Positions 10,037 through 20,641 are shown, counted from the stretch's first letter. The stretch: 64,000 bases of DNA from an uncultured Desulfarculus sp. (GCA_963665125.2 CAXXUK010000002.1:608001-672000); one strand, 5' to 3'. Numbers and translations are program-made. Notes: a model not told the origin generated them from the sequence alone.

Positions 10037-10212
10037 ACTAGCGTTGGTGCCCATTTGGGCTTAAAAGGGAAGCCGGTGAAAGACCGGCGCGGGCCCGCCG
10101 CTGTAACCGGGGACGAAAACCGCAGGCGTCCGATGAGACGCCGGCCACTGCGCGATGGCGCGGGAAGGCGCGGCAAGTAGGCCGATCCGGAAGCCAGAAG
10201 ACCTGCCAGCCG
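10035..10212 (+). ncRNA. Cobalamin (B12) riboswitch
   Basis: Conserved elements in order: GGTGC...AAGGGAAGCCGGTG..A.ACCGGC...CCCGCCGCTGT...GCCACTG...GGGAAGGC...AGCCAGAAGACCTGCC (B12 box). Confidence 0.93.
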
Positions 10213-10286
10213 ATCATACTTTGGCCTCCTCGGGTGCAGTGAAGGTCAAAGACCGAGTTTGCGTCTGATTTGCGGGCGATAGCGTG

Positions 10287-10320
10287 ACTCCTTCCATGTA
10301 TTTGGAAGGAGTTTTTTATT
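10287..10320 (+). terminator. Riboswitch expression-platform hairpin (intrinsic terminator, also sequesters GGAAGGAG)
   Basis: ACTCCTTCCA-tgtatt-TGGAAGGAGT followed by a T-run, between the aptamer and the chlD-like start. Confidence 0.7.
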
Positions 10321-10344
10321 TGGATCAACAGAAAGCGTCTGCCC

Positions 10345-12417
10345 ATGGCCAAGGCCCTGAAAACCGCCCAAAGTCCACATGTTACGGCCCCGGTGCGCGG
10401 CCGGATATTCCCCTTCGGCGCCCTGGTGGGCCAACGGGAGATGAAGCTGGCCCTGAAACTCAACGCCGTGGACCCGGGAGTGGGCGGCGTTTTGGTGCGC
10501 GGCGAAAAGGGCACGGCCAAGTCCACGGCCGTGCGCGGACTGGCGGCTATTTTGCCTGAACTGGATGTGGCCGCGGGGTGTGGGTTCGGATGCGATCCGG
10601 CTGACCGCCGCCACATGTGCGATCGATGCCTGGGCCGCCTGGCAAAGGGCGAGAGCCTGGAGGCCGGGACCAGGCGGGTGCCCGTGGTGGACCTGCCGCT
10701 CAACGCCACCGAGGATATGGTGTTGGGAGGGCTGGATTTCGGCAAGGCCGTCAGAAGCGGACGCCGCCGGTTCATGCCCGGCCTCTTGGCCAAGGCCAAT
10801 CGCGGTTTTCTGTATGTGGACGAGGTGAACCTGCTCGACGACCACCTGGTGGACGTGATCCTGGACGCGGCGGCAAGCGGCCGCAACTGTCTGGAGCGCG
10901 AGGGGGTGTCGTTCAGCCACCCTGCCGCTTTTGTGCTGGTGGGCACCATGAACCCCGAGGAAGGCGAACTGCGGCCCCAGCTCTTGGACCGCTTCGGCCT
11001 GTGCGTGGAGGTTGGCGGAGAGCAGGACCCCGAGCTGCGGGTGGAGCTGATGGCCCTGCGAGAGAGCTTTGACCGGGATCCCGAGGCCTTTTGCTTGTTG
11101 TATGAGCGGGAAAACCTGGACGAGGCCGCGGAAGTGGAACGGGCGCGCCTGCTCTTGCCGACGGTTGGTCTGTCCGGTGGGCTGCGCAGCTTCATCACGG
11201 CTCTGTGCATCGAAAACAACGTGGCCGGACACCGCGCCGACCTGGTTATCCAGCGGGCGGCCCGTGCCTTGGCCGCCTTGCATGGCCGCCGGGAGGTGAC
11301 CCAGGAAGACATCGCCGCCGTGGCGCCCCTGGCCCTGCGCCACCGCAGCCGCGACGCCTCGCCGCCCCCGCCGCCCGAGCCGCCGAAACCTCCGGAGCCG
11401 CCCGAGGAGCCGGAAAGCCCAAAAGACGAGCATGACGAACAAGACCAGGTTGAGCCGCCGCCCGGGCAGGACAATGACCAACAGGACGACAGCGGGCCGG
11501 AAGAAGGCTTTGACCCACCTCCGCCCGAGCCGCCGGATCAAGGGCCGGAGCACGACATGGGCGAGGACCCGGCCGAGGAGATCCACGAGGTGGGCCAGAC
11601 CTTCAAGGTAAAGACCATCCGCCAGCCCAAGGACCGCAAGCTGCGCCGGGGCTCGGGCCGCCGCTCGGCCACCCGCACTGCCCAGAAGCTGGGGCGCTAC
11701 GTCAAAAGCTCCCTGCACGGCCAGCCCCAGGATTTGGCCTTGGACGCCACCCTGCGGGCCGCCGCGCCCTATCAATTGCGGCGGCAGGGCCATACCGGCA
11801 TGGCCGTGTGCGTAAAACCCCAGGACCTGCGCCTGAAGGTACGCGAAAAGCGGGTGGGCAATTTCCTGCTGTTTTTGGTGGACGCCTCGGGCTCCATGGG
11901 GGCTCAGGCCCGCATGAGCGCCACCAAGGGGGCCGTGCTTTCGCTGCTGATGGACGCCTACCAAAAGCGGGACAAGGTGGCCCTGGTCACCTTCCGGGGC
12001 CGGGAGGCAGTGTTGAATTTGCCACCCACCAGCTCCATCGAACTGGCGGCCAAGCTACTGGCCGAACTGCCCGTGGGCGGCCGCACGCCCCTGACCGCCG
12101 GGCTGGTGGAGGCCTCCGAACAGTTGCGCCGTAACCTTCGCAAGGATCCGGACAGCAGGCCCATCGTGTTGATCCTCACCGACGGCCGGGCCAACGCCGG
12201 GCTTGGCCCGGATGCGCCGCCTCACGAGGAGGCCCTGGGCATCGCCGCCAAGATGGGCCTGGACGAGCGGGTGCGTTTCGTGGTGGTGGACACCGAGGCC
12301 CAGAGCGTCGTACGCCTGGACCTGGCCGCCCGCCTGGCCGCGGCCCTGGGCGGCGAATATTTCAAGATAGACGACCTCAAGGCAGAGGACCTGGTGGGCA
12401 TCGCCAGGAAGGAATGA
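10345..12417 (+). CDS. chlD: Mg/Co chelatase subunit D family (AAA+ - Pro/acidic linker - vWA)
   Basis: FPFGALVGQ, GEKGTAKST, LYVDEVNLL, GTMNPEEGELRPQLLDRFG, PPPPPEPP linker, vWA MIDAS DASGSMG, GGRTPL, LTDGRAN. Confidence 0.88.
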   Translation: MAKALKTAQSPHVTAPVRGRIFPFGALVGQREMKLALKLNAVDPGVGGVLVRGEKGTAKSTAVRGLAAILPELDVAAGCGFGCDPADRRHMCDRCLGRLAKGESLEAGTRRVPVVDLPLNATEDMVLGGLDFGKAVRSGRRRFMPGLLAKANRGFLYVDEVNLLDDHLVDVILDAAASGRNCLEREGVSFSHPAAFVLVGTMNPEEGELRPQLLDRFGLCVEVGGEQDPELRVELMALRESFDRDPEAFCLLYERENLDEAAEVERARLLLPTVGLSGGLRSFITALCIENNVAGHRADLVIQRAARALAALHGRREVTQEDIAAVAPLALRHRSRDASPPPPPEPPKPPEPPEEPESPKDEHDEQDQVEPPPGQDNDQQDDSGPEEGFDPPPPEPPDQGPEHDMGEDPAEEIHEVGQTFKVKTIRQPKDRKLRRGSGRRSATRTAQKLGRYVKSSLHGQPQDLALDATLRAAAPYQLRRQGHTGMAVCVKPQDLRLKVREKRVGNFLLFLVDASGSMGAQARMSATKGAVLSLLMDAYQKRDKVALVTFRGREAVLNLPPTSSIELAAKLLAELPVGGRTPLTAGLVEASEQLRRNLRKDPDSRPIVLILTDGRANAGLGPDAPPHEEALGIAAKMGLDERVRFVVVDTEAQSVVRLDLAARLAAALGGEYFKIDDLKAEDLVGIARKE

Positions 12418-13451
12418 AATCAATCATGAAAACCACATATCCATTCGCGGCCATGGTCGGCCAGCAGGACATGAAACTATCGCTGATCCTCAACGTGATC
12501 AATCCAGGCCTTTCGGGCGTATTGATCAGGGGTGAAAAGGGCACCGGCAAATCCACCGCGGCCAGGGCCTTGGCCGAAATCCTGCCAGACATCGAGGTGG
12601 TGGAGGGCTGCCCGTTCAACCTGGACCCCGGCGAGAGCGGCGGCGAGCTTTGTCTGGCCTGCACAGTGGCCGTCTGCGGCTTCAAGCAGGCCCAGGGCGG
12701 CAACCCAAAGAGCCTGGCCAGGCCGGTGAAAGTGGTGGAACTGCCCGTTGGCGCCACCGAGGACAGGGTTGTGGGGGCCATAGACCTTGAGCGGGCGCTC
12801 AAAGAGGGCGAAAAGCACTTCGAGCCGGGCATCCTGGCCCAGGCCCACCGGGCCATCCTCTATGTGGACGAGGTCAACCTGTTGGAAGACCACGTGGTGG
12901 ATGTGCTTTTGGACAGCGCGGCCATGGGCGTCAACACCGTGGAGCGCGAGGGCGTGTCCTTCAGCCACCCGGCCCGCTTCACCCTGGTGGGCACCATGAA
13001 CCCCGAGGAGGGCGAGTTGCGGCCCCAGCTTCTGGACCGTTTCGGCCTGTGTGTGCTGGTGGAGGGCCTGCGCAGCGCCGACGAACGGGTGGAGATCATG
13101 GAACGGCGTCTGGCATTTGAACAGGACCCCGAGGCCTTTGCCCGGCTTCATGAAGTCCAATCGGCAGAACTCACGGAAAAAATCCGCCAGGCCAGGGCAC
13201 TTTGGCCCAGGGTGGAGGCCGACCGCGCCGTCATGATGCAGATCGCCCAGGCCTGTTTGCAGGTGGGCACAGACGGCCACCGAGGCGACATCATAACCCT
13301 GAAGACGGCCAAGGCGCTGGCCGCCTGGCAGGGCCGCACAAGCGTGGATGAGGTTGACGTGAACCGGGCCCTTGAGCTTGTTCTGCCCCACCGGGTGCGG
13401 CGCAGGCCCTTTGAGGAGGTGGCTGGAGGTTCCGCCTTCCGGGAGGCCTAA
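12414..13451 (+). CDS. chlI: Mg/Co chelatase subunit I family AAA+ ATPase
   Basis: YPFAAMVGQ, GEKGTGKST, ATEDRVVGAID, LYVDEVNLL, NPEEGELRPQLLDRFG, LPHR.R; ATGA overlap with the upstream gene. Confidence 0.88.
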   Translation: MKSIMKTTYPFAAMVGQQDMKLSLILNVINPGLSGVLIRGEKGTGKSTAARALAEILPDIEVVEGCPFNLDPGESGGELCLACTVAVCGFKQAQGGNPKSLARPVKVVELPVGATEDRVVGAIDLERALKEGEKHFEPGILAQAHRAILYVDEVNLLEDHVVDVLLDSAAMGVNTVEREGVSFSHPARFTLVGTMNPEEGELRPQLLDRFGLCVLVEGLRSADERVEIMERRLAFEQDPEAFARLHEVQSAELTEKIRQARALWPRVEADRAVMMQIAQACLQVGTDGHRGDIITLKTAKALAAWQGRTSVDEVDVNRALELVLPHRVRRRPFEEVAGGSAFREA

Positions 13452-13610
13452 GCGGCTGGGAACAACACGGAGATGCCATTACTGGGACGGCTTCCCGCGC
13501 CGGCCCATGGCCATTGCGGGCTGTGCCTTCGGCGGCTATGCTGGTATGCTTGTGAATGGTTGAATCGCCCGTATTCTTTCACAAGCCCACGGCGGAGGCC
13601 TCCACCTTCC

Positions 13611-14435
13611 ATGAGCAGCTTTGAGCAAATACTTGAAAACGTCAAACGTTCAGCAAACGGCTGGACGGCCGAGATAACCGAAGACTGGGCCCAAGGCAGG
13701 GCCGTTTACGGCGGCATGGCCGCGGCTCTGGCGGCAAGGGCCATGCGCCTGGCCGTGGGGCCAGATTATCCCCTGCGCTCCTTGCTGGTGTCGTTTGCCG
13801 GTCCGGTTGCTCCGGGGCAGGTCAACCTGAGCGCGGAGGTCCTGCGCAACGGATCGTCGGTGGCCAACCTGGAAGCCCGCCTGGTTCAGGAAGGCAAGAC
13901 CCGTTGCGTTGCATTGGGCAGCTACGGCCTGGAGCGCCCCTCGGAAATAAACCTGGCCGACCTGCGCAGGCCTGATCTGCCCGGCCCGGAAGGCCTCGAA
14001 AGCGTTCCATACATTCATGGCGTCATGCCTAGATTCATGCAGCACTTCGATGTGCGCTGGGCCTTGGGCGCACCGCCTCTTTCCGGCGCGGACTCCAACG
14101 AGATCGGGGGCTGGTTCCGATTTGCCGAGACGGTTCCCACGCCCGGCGAGGAATGGTGGGTGGCCCTGGCCGATGTCTGGCCCACGCCGCTGTTGAGCAT
14201 GATCAAGGGGCCGGCCATATTCAGTTCACTGACCTGGGGCCTTGATTTCTCCGGATTCGATTCGGCCCAACCGCTGGATGGCTGGTGGGCCTACCGGGCA
14301 ACGGCCGAAAGCGCCGCCGGGGGCTATGGCCAGTGCCGGGCCGAGATATGGTCGCCCGCCGGCGGGTTGGTTATGCATTCCCGGCAAACAGTGGTGTTGT
14401 TCAGTAACGGCCAAAAACCAATACAAACAGACTAG
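13611..14435 (+). CDS. Acyl-CoA thioesterase (TesB-like double hotdog)
   Basis: W.QGRAVYGG, LRSL.VSF.GP, VLR.GSS, ALAD.WP, GGYG....EIWS..G.L...SRQ; start ATG 13611. Confidence 0.8.
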   Translation: MSSFEQILENVKRSANGWTAEITEDWAQGRAVYGGMAAALAARAMRLAVGPDYPLRSLLVSFAGPVAPGQVNLSAEVLRNGSSVANLEARLVQEGKTRCVALGSYGLERPSEINLADLRRPDLPGPEGLESVPYIHGVMPRFMQHFDVRWALGAPPLSGADSNEIGGWFRFAETVPTPGEEWWVALADVWPTPLLSMIKGPAIFSSLTWGLDFSGFDSAQPLDGWWAYRATAESAAGGYGQCRAEIWSPAGGLVMHSRQTVVLFSNGQKPIQTD

Positions 14436-14707
14436 TCAGTTGCGTCTTGCCTGTGGTCTCCTGAGAAGTTCATAAATATTCAATCATAGATCCTTAAAAT
14501 TATGATGGGTAATAACGCCTATAAATCAGTGAGTTATGGTTGGATAAATACAGTAATAATAATTATAACAAATAACTATTGGATATTTCGGGTGGAAAAT
14601 TCAATATTGGCTAATGCAGTATATTTAAAAAGGCTTTTTTCGGTTAGTAGCACCTCGCAGGGTTATGGCTTTTTCGCAACTTTGAAGAGCCAGCTAAGGA
14701 GAAAGTT

Positions 14708-16615
14708 ATGTCCTTTGGCAACATGAAATTAAACCAGAAACTTTACTCCGGCTTTGGGCTGCTGTTAGTCCTTTTAATAACAGTCGGTTCGATAGCTTGG
14801 GTTGAATTCGGCAGTGCTGAACTGGGCTTCAAGGAGTATCGCGGACTTGCCCGGGACACCAACCTCGCCGGGCGGTTGCAGGCCAACATGCTCATGGTCC
14901 GGATGAACGTCAAGGACTTCATCATCACCGCCAGCGAAAAAGACAAACAAGAATATGCGGAATATGTAAAAAAGATGCAGCAATTCCTGGATGAGGCCAG
15001 GGGGCAAATCAAAAACCCCCAGCGGGCGGCCATGATCCAGCAGGTTGATTCCCAGGTCAAAGATTATGAAAAGGCCTTCGGAGAGGTCGTAAAGCTTCAG
15101 AACCACCGCAATGACTTGGTAATCAACACCCTCAATGTCAAGGGGCCGGAAATGGAGCGGCTCTTGACCAAGATCATGGAATCAGCCTATGGCGACCAGG
15201 ATGCCGAAGCCGCTTTTTACGCCGGCAAGGCCCTGCGCTCGCTGTTGCTGGCCCGGCTTTACGTGGTCAAGTTCCTCGATGACAACAGCAAGAAATCGGC
15301 GGAACGGGTGAACAAGGAATTCTCCGACTTTTCCAAGGAACTTGAGGAACTCACGACCCGGATCGAAAACCCGGAACGGCAAAAGATGGTTGCCGAACTC
15401 AATGCCCGCGACGACGCCTACCTCGAGGCATTTGTCGGCCTGACCAAAACCATCTGGCAGCGCGATGAAATCATCACCAAGAGCCTGGATGTCATCGGAC
15501 CAAAGGTCGCCAAACTGGTCGAAGACGTCAAACTTTCGATAAAGGCCGAGCAGGACGCCCTGGGGCCCAAGCTCCAGGCCAGCAACGAGCAGGCCAAGAT
15601 CGTTATCCTGATCCTTTCCGCCGCGGCCATGGTTTTTGGCATTTTCTTGAGCTGGATTATCGCCCGCAGCATCACCAGGCCCATCCAGAGGGTCATCGCG
15701 GGGCTCAACGAAGGCGCCCAACAGGTTGCCGCCGCCTCGAGCCAGTTGGCCGGCGCCAGTCAATCCCTGGCCGAGGGCTCGTCCGAGCAGGCCGCGTCGC
15801 TGGAAGAGACCAGCAGCTCCATGGAGGAGATGGGCTCCATGACCAGCAAAAACGCCGAAAATGCCGGGGAAGCAAATATCCTTTCACAGCAGGCCAAGCA
15901 GGTGGTCACCCAGGCCAACGAAGCCATGGCCGAACTGATCAAATCCATTGACGATATTGCCAAGGCCAGCGAGGAAACCGGCAAGATCATCAAGACCATC
16001 GACGAAATATCCTTCCAGACCAACTTGTTGGCCCTTAACGCGGCGGTCGAGGCGGCCAGGGCCGGCGAAGCGGGAGCAGGATTCGCCGTGGTGGCCGACG
16101 AGGTCCGCAACCTGGCCATGCGGGCGGCCGAGGCGGCCAAGGGGACCGCCAGCCTTATCGAAGGCACCATTGAAAAGACCAAGCATGGCAGCGAACTGGT
16201 CAACAAAACCAACGAGACCTTCCTTGAGGTTGCCGAGTCGACGGTCAAAGTTGGTGAGTTGGTCGGTGAGATCGCCGCGGCGTCCACCGAGCAGGCTGAA
16301 GGCATACGCCAGGTGAATATGGCGCTGGCCGAGATGGACAAGGTGACCCAGCTAAACGCCGCAAATGCCGAACAGTCGGCATCGGCCAGCGAGGAACTCA
16401 GCGGCCAGGCCGCCAGCGTTCGGGTCTTTGTTGACGATCTGACAGCCCTTGTCGGCTATAGGGGCGCCAACGGTTCACAGGAGTACCTGGAGACCAAGAC
16501 GCAACACAGCCAACCAGCAAAAAAAGCGACCAAGCCCAATTTGGCTTTACCCAAATCCACTGTAATAAGCGCTCCCCCTTCTGAAGATGATGATGGAGAT
16601 TTCGTCAACTTCTAG
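14708..16615 (+). CDS. Methyl-accepting chemotaxis protein
   Basis: Two TM segments flanking a helical periplasmic sensor; signalling hairpin [41 protein letters not shown]-terminal DFVNF pentapeptide-like tail. Confidence 0.95.
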   Translation: MSFGNMKLNQKLYSGFGLLLVLLITVGSIAWVEFGSAELGFKEYRGLARDTNLAGRLQANMLMVRMNVKDFIITASEKDKQEYAEYVKKMQQFLDEARGQIKNPQRAAMIQQVDSQVKDYEKAFGEVVKLQNHRNDLVINTLNVKGPEMERLLTKIMESAYGDQDAEAAFYAGKALRSLLLARLYVVKFLDDNSKKSAERVNKEFSDFSKELEELTTRIENPERQKMVAELNARDDAYLEAFVGLTKTIWQRDEIITKSLDVIGPKVAKLVEDVKLSIKAEQDALGPKLQASNEQAKIVILILSAAAMVFGIFLSWIIARSITRPIQRVIAGLNEGAQQVAAASSQLAGASQSLAEGSSEQAASLEETSSSMEEMGSMTSKNAENAGEANILSQQAKQVVTQANEAMAELIKSIDDIAKASEETGKIIKTIDEISFQTNLLALNAAVEAARAGEAGAGFAVVADEVRNLAMRAAEAAKGTASLIEGTIEKTKHGSELVNKTNETFLEVAESTVKVGELVGEIAAASTEQAEGIRQVNMALAEMDKVTQLNAANAEQSASASEELSGQAASVRVFVDDLTALVGYRGANGSQEYLETKTQHSQPAKKATKPNLALPKSTVISAPPSEDDDGDFVNF

Positions 16616-16622
16616 ACAATGC

Positions 16623-16662
16623 CGCCCCACAGAGCCCTAGCCGCTCTGTGGGGCGCTTTTTT
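16623..16662 (+). terminator. Rho-independent terminator
   Basis: CGCCCCACAGAG...CTCTGTGGGGCG followed by TTTTTT, just after the MCP stop. Confidence 0.85.
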
Positions 16663-16805
16663 GCCATTTGCCCATCGGCTTGTTAATTTCCCTCTGTAAA
16701 AATTGACGTCTCTGCATGCAAAGGTTTGATGCCGGGCGCGCCCATGCCCTTGGTGGCTGTTATAATTTGTGCGCTTGTCGACAAGAAAGGAATGCGGGTA
16801 TTGCT

Positions 16806-18191
16806 TTGATCGCCGGGAATCAAAACGTCTCCAAAAGGGCGGTGTTGTGGGCGGCCTGTCTTACGTCGTTCATCGGCCCGTTCATGATCTCGGCGGTAAA
16901 CGTGGGCCTGCCCCAGATCCAACACGAGTTTGCGGCGGGCGCCTTTGAGCTGGGCTGGATCAGCATGATCTACATGCTGTCCTACGGTGCGCTGATGGTT
17001 CCCCTGGCCAAGCTCTGCGACATTTACGGTCGCCGCCGCACCTTTTTCTGGGGCCTGGCGGCCATCGCCGTATCCCTGGTCGGATCGGCGCTGGCCTGGT
17101 CCCTTGCGGTGCTGATGGCCTCGCGGCTTTTGAGCGGCGTGGGCGCGGCCATGATCACCGTATCTGGCGTGCCCATGGTCGTGTCGGTTCACGAGCCGTC
17201 GGAGCGGGGCCGGGCAATCGGCTTCATCACCGCCGCGGTCTACACCGGCCTCACTGCCGGGCCGTTTTTGGGTGGCCTGCTGGTGGAGGCCTGGGGCTGG
17301 CGCTCGATTTTTTGGGCCAGCGCCTTGCCCAGCCTGTTTTGCATGTGGCTGGCCGCCACCAAAATCAAGGCCGAGTGGACCGTGGAGCCCAAGGGGCCCT
17401 TTGACATCCTGGGCAGCGTGCTGTTCAGCGCGTCGCTGGCCCTGGGCATCTACGGCGGGCCGGAGCTGCCGGGCGTTCGGGGCTGGGTCTGCGTGGGCCT
17501 GGCCGCCGTGGGGCTGATGTGGTTTGTCTTTCAGGAGCTGGACGCCGTTGACCCGGTTTTCGAGGTGCGACTGTTCAGCCACAACCGGCTGTTTACATTC
17601 GCCAGCCTGGCCCACTTCATCAATTACGCGGCCACCATCTCGATCATCTTTTTGCTGAGCCTGTACCTGCAATTCGGCAAGGGACTTTCGCCCCAGGCCG
17701 CCGGGCTGGTGCTGGCCATTCAACCGGCCATCCAGGTCATCGTCGCCCCGCTGTCCGGGCGGCTATCCGACCGCATCGGCGCGGGCATCCCGGCATCGGC
17801 TGGCATGGCCCTCATCGCCGTCGGCCTGGGCTTTTTGGCCATATTAGATCAAAACAGCAGCCTGAACCTGATCATCGCCTGCCAGATCGGCCTGGGACTG
17901 GGCTACGGCCTGTTCACCACGCCCAACATGAGCGCCATCATGGGCTCGGTGAGCCAGGACCACTTCAGCGAGGCCTCGGCAGCCGTGGGCACCCTGCGGC
18001 TCAGCGGCGCGGTGGTCTCCATGGCCGTGGCGACCATGCTCATATCGCTGTTCATGGGCCGGGCCGAGATCACGGCCCATTCGTTCCCCGAGTTTTTGCG
18101 GGCCATGCAGACGGCATTCGCCCTGTTCTGCGGCCTGAGCGTGCTGGGGCTGTTCTTCTCCCTGGCCAGGGGCCGGGGCCAGGCGGCCTAG
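16806..18191 (+). CDS. MFS transporter, DHA2 (14-TMS) drug efflux type
   Basis: SAVNVGLP.I, KLCDIYGRRR, ERGRAIG, GP.LGG.L, FD..G, GRLSDRIG motifs. Start uncertain (TTG 16806 or ATG 16716). Confidence 0.88.
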   Translation: MIAGNQNVSKRAVLWAACLTSFIGPFMISAVNVGLPQIQHEFAAGAFELGWISMIYMLSYGALMVPLAKLCDIYGRRRTFFWGLAAIAVSLVGSALAWSLAVLMASRLLSGVGAAMITVSGVPMVVSVHEPSERGRAIGFITAAVYTGLTAGPFLGGLLVEAWGWRSIFWASALPSLFCMWLAATKIKAEWTVEPKGPFDILGSVLFSASLALGIYGGPELPGVRGWVCVGLAAVGLMWFVFQELDAVDPVFEVRLFSHNRLFTFASLAHFINYAATISIIFLLSLYLQFGKGLSPQAAGLVLAIQPAIQVIVAPLSGRLSDRIGAGIPASAGMALIAVGLGFLAILDQNSSLNLIIACQIGLGLGYGLFTTPNMSAIMGSVSQDHFSEASAAVGTLRLSGAVVSMAVATMLISLFMGRAEITAHSFPEFLRAMQTAFALFCGLSVLGLFFSLARGRGQAA

Positions 18192-18467
18192 CAGCACCTT
18201 CCAATGGCCCGAATGATCCGCGCATGCGCTTGCGGCATAACAATCAAGAGCGCCGGCATGGCGCGCCGAAATACGAGCTTGACCGGAAATATCAGGGTGG
18301 GACACTATACTTAATGGGCTTACGAAAAATCGTGCGTGGGGCACCGCCGCCGCCTGTGGAACAATGCGCCGCTTAAACGCATACCGGCAGGAGCCAAGGT
18401 CGCTTCGTTACGCTTCAACGCGCGGAACCACCCAGAGACTATCTTCCCCGCATAAGGAGGACATGAC

Positions 18468-18854
18468 ATGTCTCGATTAGTAAAAGCAAGTGTTTTTGCA
18501 GCCTTGTCGGCAGCCTGCTTGTGCTTGACCGCACTGCCGGTGGTGGCGTCGTGCGTCTACAACCATACTCAGCACACGGTTCACGCTGAACTGGACTGCG
18601 GCATATTTTGCGACAGCACCTGGTACATCTCAAAAGGCGATAACAAATGCCGACCCGGCAAGGGCGGCACGGTGTACATCAACATAGGCCAATTGAAAAA
18701 TCCCGACTTCTGGTGCGCAGACGAGTGCAAGGTCAAGGTAGACGACCATGGTTGGGTCTCCGTGACTCAGGACGGCGACAGGTTCACCACCACCAGCAAG
18801 CACGCCGACGGCTCGGTGCGGGAAAAGTGCACCGTTAAAAAGTACAGCGAGTGA
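18468..18854 (+). CDS. Small secreted, possibly lipidated, Cys-rich hypothetical protein
   Basis: AAGGAGG RBS; hydrophobic leader ending VVASC (lipobox-compatible); 6 further Cys. Confidence 0.75.
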   Translation: MSRLVKASVFAALSAACLCLTALPVVASCVYNHTQHTVHAELDCGIFCDSTWYISKGDNKCRPGKGGTVYINIGQLKNPDFWCADECKVKVDDHGWVSVTQDGDRFTTTSKHADGSVREKCTVKKYSE

Positions 18855-18938
18855 TCGTACAACCGGGCGGCGGCCCCGTGCCGGCGACCAAGCATGATAG
18901 TTAAGGCGCTGCAACCCATTGCAACACCTTGAGCATTT

Positions 18939-20204
18939 TCAGGCCTCTTCTCCCCCCGACGCGGCCGCCTTGGCCTTTTCCCGTTTGACCTTGTCGATCT
19001 CCCTGCTGACCTTGACGCCCCTGGTGCGCAGCGAATACCAGATCAGGCGTTTGCGGTCCATGACAAAGAAGCGCTTGCCGTATTTGCGCAGGGCCGCCGG
19101 GTCGATCTCAATGCCCAGGCCGGGCAGGGTCGGCACGTCCAGTATGCCGCCGTTATGGGTGAAGGGCTGGGCCAGCACGCCGTCCCGGGCCTCGATGGTC
19201 CAACCGGGCGGGTTGTAGGGGTATTCCAGTTCCTTTTCATCGGCGAACCCGCTGGCGGCCATGAGTTGCAGGTTCACGGCGAATCCGAACCCGTTGGTCC
19301 AGGTGTGGGGCGAGTATTTGAGCCCGTGCTCCCGGCACAGCTTGATCACCTCCATGGTCTGGGCAATGCCGCCGGTGAACATGGCGTCGGGCTGGAAAAC
19401 GTCATAACAGCGGCGTTGGATCATCATCTTCAGTTCGGGCAGGGCGCTGGTGTGCAGTTCGCCGCCGGAGATGGGCACCTTGCTGTAGGTGCACAGGGCC
19501 GTCAGTTCGTCGTAGTCGTCCATGGCCAGGGGCTCCTCCAGCCACGCCACGCCCGCGTCGGCGCAGGCGTCGGCAAAGCGCTTGGCCCGGTCCAGATCCC
19601 ATTTTGGCGCGTCGCCGATGACCGTGACCCGCCAGGCCTGGTTGGCGTCCACTCCGATCTTCATCTTGTGGCCCACGGCCTTGGCCGTCTGGACCACCTG
19701 CTCGATGTCCTGGCGCTCGTCAAAGGCGTGGACCCGCAGCTTGATGGCCCGGAAGCCCTCGTCATAGCGGGCCTCGGCCTCCTCGATTCGCCGGGCCGGG
19801 TCCTTGACCTCGCCGGTGGAGGCGTAGAGCTTGATGGGCCGAGGCGCGCCGCCGAGCATCTCGCACACCGGCTTGCCCGCCTTTTTGCCCAGGATGTCCC
19901 AGATGGCCGGTTCGATCCACCAGTTGCGCCAGCCCAGGTAGGCCACCTCCCGCAGGCGCTGCTGGATCAGGGCCACGTCAACCGCCTCGCCCAGCATGTA
20001 GGGCCCCAGCAGTTCGCCCAGGCCCTCCCGTTCCTTGCCCATGCAGATTCCGGCGCTGTAGCCCTCCACGCCGTCGTCGTCGATTAGTTTTAACAGGGTG
20101 AAGTGGTTGGCCGTCTGGGGCAGGCCGGGAATCCAACTGGGGTAAAACGGCGCCGGGGTGGGCACCTTGACGTGATACAGTTCGATACGGGCGATTTTGC
20201 TCAT
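18939..20204 (-). CDS. Mandelate racemase / muconate-lactonizing (enolase superfamily) enzyme
   Basis: WDILGK..GKPV..LGG, K.R in GFRAIKLR, metal ligands VDANQ, WLEEP, SGGE, FQPD, C-terminal P..PGLGIEID. Confidence 0.9.
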   Translation of the reverse strand: MSKIARIELYHVKVPTPAPFYPSWIPGLPQTANHFTLLKLIDDDGVEGYSAGICMGKEREGLGELLGPYMLGEAVDVALIQQRLREVAYLGWRNWWIEPAIWDILGKKAGKPVCEMLGGAPRPIKLYASTGEVKDPARRIEEAEARYDEGFRAIKLRVHAFDERQDIEQVVQTAKAVGHKMKIGVDANQAWRVTVIGDAPKWDLDRAKRFADACADAGVAWLEEPLAMDDYDELTALCTYSKVPISGGELHTSALPELKMMIQRRCYDVFQPDAMFTGGIAQTMEVIKLCREHGLKYSPHTWTNGFGFAVNLQLMAASGFADEKELEYPYNPPGWTIEARDGVLAQPFTHNGGILDVPTLPGLGIEIDPAALRKYGKRFFVMDRKRLIWYSLRTRGVKVSREIDKVKREKAKAAASGGEEA

Positions 20205-20464
20205 TTTTTACCTCCGCAATCAACAGGGCAAACCGGCAAACTGGTCGGTGGTGCGGGTTGAGGTGGCCGGAGAATGGGGCTAAGGCAGGGTAGCAATTTT
20301 TGGGGCCGCAAGTCTAGATTGTCTGTGGGGAGTCGGGTCTGGGGGATCAAAAGACTCCGCCCCGGTCCGCCGCTGCGTCCGAGGTGAGTCCGGCCTTTTA
20401 TGGCCTCGGCAAGGTTGCCGTGATTAGGTAGGTTGGGTGTCTCAAGTTGGACTTCGTTCTCCTG

Positions 20465-20617
20465 TTAGGGTGCGATCACCACCGGGACGAAGGGTCTCAC
20501 CACAACGGCCGGGGGCCTCACCACAACACCGGGTCCGTGCTTCTTGGGCGCCACCACGCATCCGGCCAGGGCCATCATGCTGATCAGCAGCATCGCAGCG
20601 GTTATCCTGGTCCACAT
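20465..20617 (-). CDS. 50-aa lipoprotein (not in the ORF track)
   Basis: AAAGGAGG RBS, then ATG; reads MWTRITAAMLLISMMALAGCVVAPKKHGPGVVVRPPAVVVRPFVPVVIAP*; perfect LAGC lipobox; last gene of the ECF operon. Confidence 0.75.
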   Translation of the reverse strand: MWTRITAAMLLISMMALAGCVVAPKKHGPGVVVRPPAVVVRPFVPVVIAP

Positions 20618-20641
20618 CTGCTTCTTCCTCCTTTGATGTTA

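Noticed and set aside
11340..11600. Programmed -1 frameshift in chlD producing a ChlI-like subunit
   Set aside because: The ORF is continuous, no clear slippery A-run is visible in the linker, and a separate chlI gene follows.
10850..13060. Near-identical DNA stretches between chlD and chlI
   Set aside because: Explained by the known paralogy of their AAA+ domains.
20228..20260. GGGCAAACC word suggestive of a c-di-GMP-I riboswitch
   Set aside because: The GNRA-capped P2 stem and downstream GACGCAAAGC/P3 elements are absent, and it points away from the adjacent gene.
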